Notes under the pieces: model-generated
What the model saw: the letters and a program-made list of their open reading frames with translations, nothing else
Databases searched by the model: none
Told to the model about the DNA's origin: nothing
Shown: positions 26,701-39,032 of the stretch, one piece after another
How the letters are laid out: the number at the start of each line of letters is the position of its first letter
How positions within the stretch are numbered: the stretch's first letter is position 1
Made by a program: the position numbers and the translations under genes
Origin: Octopus sinensis
Taxonomy: Eukaryota
DNA: 64,000 bases
Assembly: GCF_006345805.1 (NCBI RefSeq)
Contig: NC_042997.1
Span: 46,562,001-46,626,000 of the forward strand
Direction of reading: 5' to 3'

Positions 26701-28408
26701 TTAGACATTTTCCTTTTCTGTGAAATAACAGAATACTGTTATCTCATATTAACTTGTTCAATTTCCTCCTATCAAAGCAACTAAGATATTTAAGAAAACA
26801 GAGACAGCTTTTGCTTCTGTGGATCTCCGAACAAGCCATTAGTATGTCATGTCCACCTAAATCTATCAATACTTTCGTCTCTCTTTCTCTTGCCACACAT
26901 CCTGTATCTTTCCCACTCCTCAACCCCCTTACTAACCATGTATACAAGTCCCCTCAGAACCACCAACGCTCTGGATTTAGCTTCATTCCTCGGTTGTTTT
27001 TAAAATTTTTTACTGTAATGTATAGATGCTAATTTATAGATGCTAACTTATAGATGCTAAAGCTAAATATCTGCCATAGCATTCCCACTAGTCGCAGTTA
27101 GTTTACAAAACTCATTGACATTTCCCCTTTCACCTGGTTACACTAACAAAAGAATTCGTCTCTCCATGGGCGATAAATATAGTACTAAGTATGCACTGGA
27201 GACTTTTTAACCAACTATAGCTCCTAACTACACTTTTATGATGTACTGTTTATATAAGGACTCTGTGTTATAGCTTTTAATATTTGATGGTGTTGATAGT
27301 TGGTGGTGTTGATATTAGCTGATGTTATTGTGATCATAATTATCTGCAGTTATGGTTTCTTGTGGTCATAGTTTGATGGTCGTTGCTATGGTTATATTTT
27401 TATTGTTGTCACTGCTATTGTTCTTGGTGTTGATGCTGTTGTTGGAGTTTATGTAGGAGTTGTTAAAATCGTCTTTATTATATTCGTTGGTTAACTTTAT
27501 CTGTTCGCTTTCTTTTCGAACTTTTTCTAATATACTTCCTTACTTTAATGTACATGAATAATAAATAAATGAATCAAAACAGAATTCTTCTTCTGCTGCC
27601 ATGATAAATATTTTCACATCGACCCAGCTGCAATTGATGAGACTACAATTTATTCCTATCGAACGGTTGCTAATTTTATTGTGCTCACGTCCTTCAACAT
27701 TATCATTTTATTGTTGTTATTTTAGCCTTAGGGTAGCTCTTTTTGAGCAGACATAAAATCAAAGTAAATCAAGCTGTGATAGTACAATATTTTTGCTTTG
27801 TTTTTTTTTTATTTTTTAATAGTATACTTGGGAATACATTATTCAATGTATCCTTCCTTTTAAAGTGAATGTGATTTAAAGGAAATTATATCGTTAATTC
27901 TAGACAGTTTAGCGACCAGATAGTCTCCTTCTTCTAGCTCTACGCCACACCATTCTTTGGCGTCGGCATCAGTTCAAGAGCGAATATAGTATGTTTTTCA
28001 TTGTAGCTTTCGTGGCTACTGTCTGGCACTAGCTGCACGACATGTCTGACAACAGAGAGGATGTTGCTAAGAGACAGCACTCATGTGGACGTCCAGTGGC
28101 TCACATTGAGCTCATCCGTGCTTTTAAAGAAAGGTCTTGGTTTTAGTCATGCAAAGTGTTCACAATGCTCTCCTCACTTGGCAAACTAGGTTGGAAAACC
28201 GACTTAGTTGTCGACAACCCAACCAATAAAAAGGTAATACTCCTTTACTTAATACCGCGACCTGACCTGACCTCCAGATAGAGTCCTTAACACAACATAC
28301 ATATATGCTGTCCAAAACAAGGAAATATTATCAAAAATGCTAACGTATGCAAATGGCACAATTGATGAAGCTCAAAAATATCAATGCTATTCTTATACAA
28401 TTCAATTG

Positions 28409-28490
<82 letters not shown>

Positions 28491-28493
28491 TAT

Positions 28494-28547
<54 letters not shown>

Positions 28548-29139
28548 CATATATATATATATATAATATATATATATATATATGTATATACGTGTGTGTG
28601 TATACATATATATATGTATATATGCATGTATATTTATACACACACACATATATACATACACATACACACTTTAATAGCGAAAGCTGCTTATTACTTAAAT
28701 GGAATTAAGTAACTTTTCCTAAGAGAAAGCAATTACTGAAGTTTCCATTGTCTACAAAATTCTTAAAAGTTCATAACAATTCAGATTTTAATCGAAAAAT
28801 GTCTTCAAAGTCTTTTACTATTGAAGATTCAAGTACTGGCTTCCATCACAAAATATATTTTTTTATTTACTGCCATCAGTCACCAAGAAAATTTTTATTC
28901 ACAACAGCATATGTCTGTCTGGCTCACTCTCGATCGCTGCCGATCTATTCAATTGTTTTCATTAAAAATAAATGATTGCAAAGTTGTCGTGTTTTAGATA
29001 CTTGAAATATATTTGTGAAAATATTTTTACACTATATATATTGTGTTTATTGTTAGGTACATATAACGATGCTTGTTTTATTTGGACATCTTCCACAATT
29101 CCTTTTTCGTTCGTCTCTGTAGGAGGCGTGTGGCTAAGT

Positions 29140-29345
29140 GTTAGGGTATTCTTCTCAAGGTCGTTACGTCGTGAGTTCGATATCCGATTGCGCGTTATGT
29201 CCTTGAGCAAAACGCTTTAGTTTTACGTTGCTCTAGCTCACTCAGCTGAAAAAACTAAGTTGTACCAGTATTTCAAATGGCCAGCCTTGTCTCATTCTGT
29301 GTCACGCTGTATTTCACTGAGAACTACGCTAAGGGTACGCGTAGT
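29140..29345 (+). mobile_element. Decayed tRNA-derived SINE of another family
   Basis: GAGTTCGATATCC B-box-like motif followed by GTCCTTGAGCAAAACGCTTTA. Confidence 0.5.
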
Positions 29346-29429
29346 ACTTGCACTCAAATTTCACTAGCATGCTGTTCTGCTGATCAGATAGACTGGAATC
29401 TTCGCCGTTGTCACCGACAAAATGCCAGT

Positions 29430-29560
29430 CTCTTCTTCTTCTTCTTCTTCTTCTTCTTCTTCTTCTTCTTCTTCTTCTTCTTCTTCTCCTTCTTCTTCTT
29501 CTTCTTCTTCTCCTCCTCCTCCTCCCTTCTCCTCCTTCTTCTCTCTCTCTCTCTTTCTCT
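29430..29560. repeat. (TTC)n/(TC)n microsatellite
   Basis: Direct reading; explains the poly-F, poly-L, poly-E and poly-K ORFs. Confidence 0.95.
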
Positions 29561-29714
29561 CTCTATCACAAACACATACTTCATAACACTGGCCAAGTAA
29601 TTCCATTTAAATATGTTTGCTTAGACATTGCGAGATTAATAACCTGATGAAGGACTCAACGTACAAATGCTTCAGAAGGAAACGTTTGTCATGTGTACAG
29701 AGAGGAAATAAGGA

Positions 29715-30010
29715 AATAAGATGACAAAGGAATAAACCATTATCTTATTAACTCCATTAGCTTACAGCTGTTTCTGCTATCAGATGCAGTGGACTCATAG
29801 CTCCGTGTCTGAGTAACAACACGTTGTAGCTTCATAGAGCCTCGAATATGAAGGGCAATTTATTCGTACGCTTCATACTTGAAGCTGCGATGAAGTTATA
29901 AGGTGTTACGCAGGCACGTAAGTATACGTTCACTTTATCTATTGCAGAAACAGCTTTAAGCTGAGCAGGTTCATAAGATAATCGGTTATTTCTTTTTCAT
30001 CTCATTTTCA
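29715..30010. mobile_element. Decayed inverted-repeat element with outward hammerhead remnants
   Basis: Minus 29759-29841: GGCT-CTATGA...GAA-ACAGCTGT-A/AGCT. Plus 29883-29962: AGCT-GCGATGA...GAA-ACAGCTTT-A/AGCT. The cores are mutated. Confidence 0.6.
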
Positions 30011-30030
30011 TATGCATATTTTTGTATATA

Positions 30031-30364
30031 TATATTAGAAGAAATGAGGTACTCTGAAATATGGATGGTTTTATATTTACAGATATTTATTAGTATGTTA
30101 CATGTTTTATAAATCATATATTAGAGCTTTCGTTCACTCTAATGGAGTTTTCTAATTGAACTAACTCTTGCAGGAATTTTGACTCTTTTTATAGTATTAT
30201 TGAGTCAAAATTCCTGCAAAAGTTAGTTCAATTTGAAAACTCCGCTAGAGTGATGAAAGCGCTAATATATGACACATGATTTATAAAAAAAATGTAACAT
30301 ACTAACAAATATCTGTAAATATAAGACCATGCAGATTTCTGAGTACCTCATGTCTGCTAATATA
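30031..30364. repeat. Long imperfect inverted repeat (~155-bp arms, ~16-nt loop)
   Basis: GCAGGAATTTTGACTC...GAGTCAAAATTCCTGC at the centre; pairing continues out to GAGGTACTC/GAGTACCTC. Confidence 0.9.
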
Positions 30365-30407
30365 TAATATCTGTACATCATCTCCAAACCTTCTAATATA
30401 TGTATAT

Positions 30408-30461
<54 letters not shown>

Positions 30462-30697
30462 GTGTGTGTGTGTGTGTGTGTGTATGTATACATACACATA
30501 TACATAAGGGCAAAAGAATTATAAACAATAATAAACATAGCAAAACGTGTATTCATAGTATGTGGTGATTGACGATTTAATGTCTATTTCTCAGCATATT
30601 GGGATAGAATTCTTTTTTGCCCTTATTACTAATTATGTATACATACATATATATATATATATGTGTGTATATATGTGTGTGTGTGTGTGTGTGTATT

Positions 30698-30915
30698 TTA
30701 TTCTTTTATTTTTTCATTTATTTCACTCATTTGACTACAGCTATATAGGAGCACAGCCTTTTTTTAGTCGAGCAAATCTACCCCAAGACTTATTCCTTGT
30801 AAGCCTAGTACTTATTCTATCGTAGTCTTTGGCCGAACTGCTAAGTTACGAGGACGTAAACACACCCGCACCTGTTGCCAAGCGATGTTGGTGGGGACAA
30901 GCACAGACACACAAA
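30698..30915 (-). mobile_element. SINE family 1, 3' half
   Basis: Matches the 3' half of the full copies. Confidence 0.8.
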
Positions 30916-30926
30916 CATATATGCTG

Positions 30927-31056
<130 letters not shown>

Positions 31057-31199
31057 AATTTTGGGGACTAATGGATATATCTCAATTACTGTGTTGAGTA
31101 AAGCATATTTACAGTTTGGGCTACCTGGTGTCATCCACGGCTGGAATATATTTCTTCTGAATCTACGTCAGGAATTCCCCAATTTTAGTTGAGATAATA

Positions 31200-31582
31200 A
31201 CTGATGAAGGAAACTGAAAATAGATTTAGCACTAGTATTTATTCAGTACAACAATCGTTTTGACCCATCCTGCAACTGTCCGTTGTGGGTAGGATATCGT
31301 GCATCTAATTGTAATGCATCGATCTGTGCAGTTTGTGACTCATTACATACATACATAAAGAAGGGGATGTCCCGCTAGATATACTGTTGTTCTTGCCTGC
31401 TGTATTTTAGCATCCTCTGCTTTATGCATGTAGCTGATGTGATACAAACTGTACAGATTGATGCAACATGATTAGATGCTCGATATCCTACCCACAACGG
31501 ACAGTTGCAGGATGATTCGAAATGATCGTCGTACTTAATAAAGACTAGTGCTAAATCTATCTTCGATTTTCTTCATCAAATA
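31200..31582. mobile_element. Inverted-repeat element with decayed hammerhead-like arms
   Basis: Arms ~31200-31342 and ~31440-31582 (CATCCTGCAACTGTCCGTTGTGGGTAGGATATCG and its reverse complement). Right side: GTAG-CTGATGT...GAA-ATGATCGT-C/GTAC. Confidence 0.7.
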
Positions 31583-34170
31583 TATATATCATGGCAGAAA
31601 TGCATTTCACACTACTTTTCAACGAGCGAAAATGTAAAGCTCTTGAAGAAAATTGCCCTGTGTCCGCTATGCATCAGTATTCCGAGAAGTAAATTGGGAA
31701 AAAAAATATTACATATTACGATGTGCATGCTTACTTGGAGAGAGTATATACGATACAAGTAATAAAGTACAAAGGGAACTTATGTTAAGTGAAATCATCC
31801 CAAGTGGGATTCGATAAAATAACAGAGCAATGCAAACTCAAAGTTTCAGTGATATTAAAGTGAGTTCTCCGTGTATCATTAACGACCACATTTGAACGTC
31901 TTAGTTGTCTATCACATTGGAGCATCGTTTTCTGTGGTGGAACAGAACGATGTGCGAATGGTACCCTGTCGCACAAGCCGGACTAGTGGGCTGTCCTAGT
32001 ATAGTATGAGCTGTAGTTTCATTTTTATCTTCCGCTTCGAAATTTTATTAACAACGTGAGCCGGGGACTGCGAGACAGCACGATTTTCTCGATAATACTG
32101 CTATAGAACGTAAAGAATTGAACGTTCATATAATCAAAAACCTCTCACGGACATTCGAGATTCTAAACAATATTTTCTAATATTCACGAGTTTCATATTA
32201 ATTGTTTCTAACTTAAGCACGACACCAGCAGTTTTAAGGAGCTAGTCGATAGCATGAAACTCAATACTTGATAGTTTCTTCATTTTATCGACTATGAAGC
32301 GATTTGAAATTGAAACTTAAAGACAAAAAAAAAATATCGCGAGGCAGTGTGTCTTACATTTTAACGATCCTAGCAATACGCCACCCTAAATTGTTTGCAT
32401 CCTAAATACGAGTTCAGCAATTTTAAGGGCAGTGGAAATATCATCGATCTCAAAGTTTCCCTGATACTTTATTTTATCGAGAGGATTAAAGTCAAAGTTT
32501 ATCCTAGCGGATATTGAACTTAGAACGCAAGGAGCTTCAGTCTTATACTAATGAGTATTTGTATCATTGGAACACATTGATAAAGCTTAGGTTAAGATAT
32601 AGTAGTTTCACTCTACTTCCAACCATAACAAATAATTATTTAATCGATCACTGTACATAACCAGTATTGATTTTATCGATTTCAGAGTGATCATAGGCGA
32701 TGTTGCTGCTACTGTTAATAATGCTCATTTTTATGCTGACAATAACACTTTTCACTCCTATCTAACCTTCAGCTCATAAGCGTCTTCTACATGCAATCTA
32801 GGTATCTCGAGTCAAACATTCACTGGCTTTGCAAACATAGTCCATGAAAATATTCTCTAATGGTGACATGACAACTTTATCTCCTTCAACAGCGCGAAGA
32901 CACACCACATCACACATCAATAATCGTACGCCTCGCTCTATACATCTTATGACAACAAACAAATAAAACCATCAATGTCGCTACAAAGGCTTGCTTCACA
33001 ATCTCTGATGATTTCTAATGGCGATCTTGTATTTATAATATAGCAAATACTACAGTCCAAAAGGAAAACAACAAGCAATTTCACAGATCCAAATGTGTGT
33101 GTGCGTTAATGTGTTAGTGTGTGTGTGTGTGTGTGTATGTGCGAGCGCCCTTACCAATGTATATCATAGGTGTGACAGTAGTAAAAAAGTGTATATCGTT
33201 GGTGTGGTTGTGTTATAAATGGTTGTTTTTCCAACCGCAAGGTTCAAATTTCAGCCCCACAACGTGACACCTTGGACAATTCTGTCCTAGTATAGTCTCG
33301 AACCGACCATATCCTTCTGATCTGGGAAGGGTACATGCATATGTTTCTTATTCTCCTCACATATTCAGCAGTCCCTACACCCCTTTGGTCGAGTACGAGC
33401 TACTATCTTTCATACTACTACCCTAGAACTTAAACTTCCGAATTCCCTCCCATTAGACTTGACTTGAATATCAATTGTGTCTATATAACCAGTTTTGCGG
33501 GCATTGCGAATATTTTGGCAACATGTTCCATTGATTTGTGTCAAAAGTTTTGCGATATGTTGGTACTTTATTTGCTTTATTCGTCAAGAATCGTAGGTTT
33601 CGAAGTATAAGCCATCGTGTTGCAACGTCTAAAGCCACAATTCTGCCAGTTCTTTGTTCCCACGCTGATACCGTTTCTTGTCCTGCGAAGTGAAGAACTC
33701 CTTCCCTAAAGCTTCCACCACCTCTTGGTAGATGAATCAGCACGAACGCAGGAAGTGCAACAAGACGGACAACGGAAACAATACTTTTTCCCCCTTTTAG
33801 ACCGTCCAATAAGTGAAATTTGTCCTAATTGAAACCAACTATTTTTATTTTTGATTCATAGCGCTTAGAGGACTACATCAGTCAACCTGTCCTTCCATTT
33901 GTTTTAAATTGTACGATGTGACATATAGGAAATTTAACTGCTTTTTCTTACATTTTGAGCAACTATATACAGGTTTCCTCCTTGTCTCATGTAGTACTTA
34001 AAACTTTTTCGACGGTATTAGTGATGAAATCAGGTTGAAATATTTCAAGCCGAGTGTAAAAACCGACACCTAGTAACGGCTATCTTCAGTTTCTCAAGAG
34101 CTTATGGCATTTTCAGATATATCTATACTGATATAGAGATTCTTTGCAGAACTCTTTCAAACTGAAACTA

Positions 34171-34202
<32 letters not shown>

Positions 34203-35404
34203 CGACGACGACGACGACGACGATGATGATGATGACGACGATAACAACGGCAGCAGTAATATTAATAATGGAATGAATATCAAGTAAATTCTGTAAGCAA
34301 TCATATCCTTTCGCTTTCATGCTTCACAAAACTTCGGCTATTATTTTCATTTTCTATGGCATCCAGAATTTGAGAGAAGAATTTCCCTCTGGTTTTAGAA
34401 GTGAGCCTACTGCATGTAAATATTCCAGAGATCAGAATTGAATTTGGCATTGCAGCCCAAGGAATTAACCAACAAATCTAAGAGTAGTAACTGTTGCCAG
34501 CAGGAAATAAAACAATTCCGTGGCATCTATTTACCTACTCATATAATTTATCTCTGTACTCAGAACTACATAGCGTTAGCATGCATTTGTTGAAATATAT
34601 TAAATAAATAAAATTTATTTCTAACCAAATAATTCTACAATACACAGCAATGATTTCCACACGGAGGGATACCTATATAGATTTATGGAAATGAAATTGC
34701 AAATTGAAACGTTCAGCATTTTCTTACGACGTTTGTAACTCAAGTATAAGGATAATAACATAATAAAATTAAATGAAATTTACTGCTTGAAACAGCAAAC
34801 TTTCTGTCATTTAGTATCTCATTAAGATGCTCAAATTTATCTCAGTAGGAAAATTACATCAGTCAACTCTACGTAGAAGGATCCTTACATAAAATATCTA
34901 GGTTCACGCTCAAGACCTTCAAACATATATTACACAATTTCCTCCGGTACGTCACCACCCTCAGCAACATCACTATAATCAATGATCTCGACTCATACCA
35001 CACTTAAACATGAAAGAGACCACTTAGGTCTTTCACATAATTCTCTCCACATCTATGTGTTATCTTCCAGCTGTCAACCTAAAAACTAACTGCCGTACAA
35101 ATTTGTCATTTAGGAATCTATTGAACGTATTAGGAAGAAAGATGTACAGGTACACTACTAATGCATTTCAGATCCTTCCCATATTGTATCCTCTACATTT
35201 TTGAAAAGTTTAATTCAAGATATCTTCTCCTCCTTGAATGATTGTTTTTGTTTTACGTTTAAATTCAGGCACTTTGGAAAGAGGGTTTTTTTGTTCAGTG
35301 GTTGTATGGCGTATTTCATTTAAATGAAGAACTAGATATAATCATGCTCGTTCATTGCACTGTGTTCTGAGCAACGATATTTTAAAAGGGAGTATACTAG
35401 TGTA

Positions 35405-35500
<96 letters not shown>
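35405..35500. repeat. (TATC)n microsatellite
   Basis: Direct reading; similar arrays at ~7960-8030, 22930-23000 and 59135-59400. Confidence 0.95.
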
Positions 35501-35787
35501 CATCTAGCTGCCTGTCTGTCTGCGTGTCCGTCTGTCAGTCAGTCTGTCTGTCTGTCTGCGTGTCCGTCTGTCAGTCTGTCTGTCTGTCTGCCTATCTGTG
35601 TGGTTTTCTTTAAAACACTACTGTTTTCCAGTTTCGTCTTGTTTATTATGGAATTTTCGTATTTCATGTGTGTGTTTGTGTGTCTAAACATGTGAGTCTG
35701 TGTGTGTGTGTGTGTGATTATGATAAGTTTCAGTGATGTTTCTACACACACACAAACTAACACACACACACACACACACACACACAC

Positions 35788-35873
<86 letters not shown>

Positions 35874-35911
35874 TATAGATAGATAGATTGATTGATTGAT
35901 ATATATATATA

Positions 35912-35953
<42 letters not shown>

Positions 35954-36974
35954 GACAGATATAGATATAGATATATATACATACACAAATGTGTGGGTGT
36001 GTATGTGGAAACATACGTGCGCTTGTGTGTATAAGTCTCATATTGATGTTTTTGTTGAGGGCGCAGTCTCTCCCCATTGCATCATGTGATGCAGTATGAT
36101 AGGAAGGTTTCTGCCTGCAGTTTGCCGTTTTCTCATCAATAAAGCCTAATTACTTGAGATGTTTTACTTGCGTTAAATCACATCCTTGGCCTTAGCGTTT
36201 TATGATAAACCATTCTAGTTTCTTGAAGTCTACTATGACCTTAGCTTTTCAACTTCTAGCTAAATACGGTGGAAACTCGGTTAATTTCGTCAATGAATTT
36301 CTGAAGGTCGACCGGCTCGATAACCATCATGTTATCAGCATGACGAAGGTTATTCAGCCGACACCCGCTTATGTGTACACTGGTCAAGATGGGATCATGA
36401 CCAGACCATCCCCAGACCATCCCCTGACCTGCTTATTACTTTATCAGAGCAGAGTATCGATTAAGGCAGACTGGTAAAATATTGTCATCCTTGACGGACC
36501 TTCTTCACTGGTTCGAAAAGTAGCCTGTGAGTTAGCTTTCTTCTTTATCTGTAGCAAGAATCTCCGATCAGGCCAATTGCGTTCTTTGGATATGGAAAAT
36601 GAAACTGAAGGGTAACTTGCATTAAGTGTTTGAGCGCATTTCGGAAGAGGTTATATAAGCGGACGCAGCAGTTCACTTTCGTGTTCAATATAATGGGTGC
36701 TTTAGTCTTGGAGCAGTACTCAAAAATTGTGTTATTCACGCCTGCGGAGGCTAGCCGTAAAGAAGGAGGGCTTGCGGGGAACAAAGAATAAGATGGGTGA
36801 GGTTATCAAGAACTGGTCGAAGAGGAGTCTAGTGGAGTGCGAGACTGCAGCACTAGACCGCAGTCTGTGTCTGAGGCACTCTCCTCTCCGTCGTGAGGGT
36901 GAACATATTTATAGATTACTTTATTTACACATGCATTAATCTTTTCATTCATACGCACATATATATACGTATGT

Positions 36975-37150
36975 GTATGAGTGAACCGGTACTGGTTTGT
37001 TTATGTCTCCATAACTTAATATTTCAACAAAAGAGACCGATACAATGAGTATTAAGCTCAAAAAAAGCGCTGGGATCGATTTGTTCGATTGATACCTTTC
37101 AAGGCGGTGCACCAGCATGGCCGCAGCCCAGTGTCTGGAATATGTAAAGG
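36975..37150 (+). mobile_element. SINE family 1-related 3' half, diverged
   Basis: ...CAAAAGAGACCGATAC...AAGGCGGTGCACCAGCATGGCCGCAGC. Confidence 0.75.
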
Positions 37151-37724
37151 ATAAATGATATGTCGAATGGTGAGTATTCTTACCTTATAGGGTAGTACGC
37201 CTTTCCACTCTGAGGGATTAACTTCAGCTATTTGCAAATTATTTACCTAGAATGAAGGTAGTCGGACGTTCTAACTGTTACTTGCAATTTAAAAGTCGAC
37301 TCTGAGAAAATAGACTAATGTTAACTCCGGCAAGGCCTACCACAGACTGCCGAGAGGCACAACGTGTGCGTGTGTGTGTATATGTAGTATATATATATTT
37401 TATCTATATTACATGTTTTAACATAACTTAGTATACTCTGGACTATGATCCCCGTTGAAGGCCCTTGATATTTAAAATAACGTGTTAGCACTTTCGGTTC
37501 CGCAAATGACTAGCTCCAGCTTTCTGTAACTAGTGTAATTGTTGAGTATATAAACGGATTGGCTGCTTCTTACTCTGAGATTGGTCAAATTGATGTAGAC
37601 GCAACTGATAAGAATCCTATAAGATTCGAAATGATAATCGAAAACAGATCAAGGCTGTTCGTCATTTTTTATTCAATCTACAGAGAAACAACTAAATTAG
37701 CCCTGTTTAGAAAGGTACTATACA

Positions 37725-37756
<32 letters not shown>

Positions 37757-37759
<3 letters not shown>

Positions 37760-38082
37760 CATAAGGAACGTTAGCCATCCGAATGTGCAGGCTATCTATA
37801 TAAAGATTTTCACAGTAAATACATTTACTGATGTAGAGAGTCGTTCGTCGAGGGGCGGTGTCTGCCATACGTTGACAATAGGCAAACACCTTGAAACCTG
37901 GGTCCGTATGTGGCATCCGCTTCTTCGGGGAATGATCTCCCTTTGCAGGCTAGAGGACGCCGTGATGGCGTCAGCCCTTCTGGTGACGTTGATGATCGCC
38001 TGGGGCTAAATGCATCAGTAAAACCCCCACCGCCCTGCCCTGTCCCTAGCCACATTCGGATGGCTAACGTCCCTTACGTTAT
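37757..38082. mobile_element. GC-rich structured mini-element with terminal inverted repeats and an internal hammerhead
   Basis: TAACATAAGGAACGTTAGCCATCCGAATGTG versus CACATTCGGATGGCTAACGTCCCTTACGTTA, with several internal hairpins. Confidence 0.75.
37866..37910 (+). ncRNA. Compact type I hammerhead, U3-A8 core variant
   Basis: CATACG-TTGACAA-TAGG(CAAACA)CCTT-GAA-ACCTGGGT-C/CGTATG: 6-bp stem I, GUC triplet, U.U at the base of stem II. Confidence 0.78.
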
Positions 38083-38125
38083 GGAGCAGTTACTGTCTAT
38101 ACCTCGTTTAGAGAATTATTATTGC

Positions 38126-38171
<46 letters not shown>

Positions 38172-38610
38172 AATGTATGTATGTGTGTATGTATATATGT
38201 ATGTATGTATGTATTTATGTATGTATGTATGTATGTATGTGTGTGTGCGCGTATGTTTCCATGCTTTTTGAAGTTGGTTTTCTTCCTATTGTGTCCTTTT
38301 AAATTTATTACATTCGCTGTTCGACAAATAAAAATTGTTAAAATAAATACCAGAATAAATAACAGCTGAAGGTCGACATGATCGATTTAAGCAACTGAAG
38401 ATAGTTGTGCAGCATTGATAACGCCCACTGAGTGAAGCCTAAACGATAAAATATATGAAGAATATCTGTATATATTCATATAGCGTGTATGAATGTATGT
38501 ATGTATGCATGTATGTATGTATACATACATTTGTATATATAAACCTATATATACCTATATATGTGTGTGTGTGTGTATAGATATATATATATATGTATAT
38601 ATATTTATAT

Positions 38611-38827
38611 ACTCTTTACTCTTTTACTCTTTTACTTGTTTCAGTCATTTGACTGCAGCCATGCCGGAGCACCGCCTTTAGTCGAGCAAATTGACCCCGG
38701 GACTTATTCTTTGTAAGCCCAGTACTTATTCTATCGGTCTCTTTGGCCGAACCGCTAAGTGACGGGGACGTAAACACACCAGCATCGGTTGTCAAGCAAT
38801 GCTAGGGGGACAAACACAGACACACAA

Positions 38828-38863
<36 letters not shown>

Positions 38864-39032
38864 ACATACACATATACGACAGGCTTCTTTCAGTTTCCGT
38901 CTACCAAATCCACTCACAAGGCATTGGTCGGCCGGGGCTATAGCAGAAGACACTTGCCCAAGATGCCACGCAGTGGGACTGAACCCGGAACCATGTGGTT
39001 GTTTAGCGATCTACTTACCACACAGCCACTCC
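38611..39032 (-). mobile_element. SINE family 1, full-length copy
   Basis: A box TGGCTGTGTGG, B box GGTTCAGTCCC, body and tail as in the 13.5-kb copy. Confidence 0.92.

Noticed and set aside
29640-29700. CTGATGA...GAAACGTTTGTC as a hammerhead
   Set aside because: Neither stem I nor stem II can pair.
31198-31235. CTGATGA-AG(GAAA)CT-GAAA as an inward-facing minimal hammerhead
   Set aside because: There is no stem I complement and no credible stem III.
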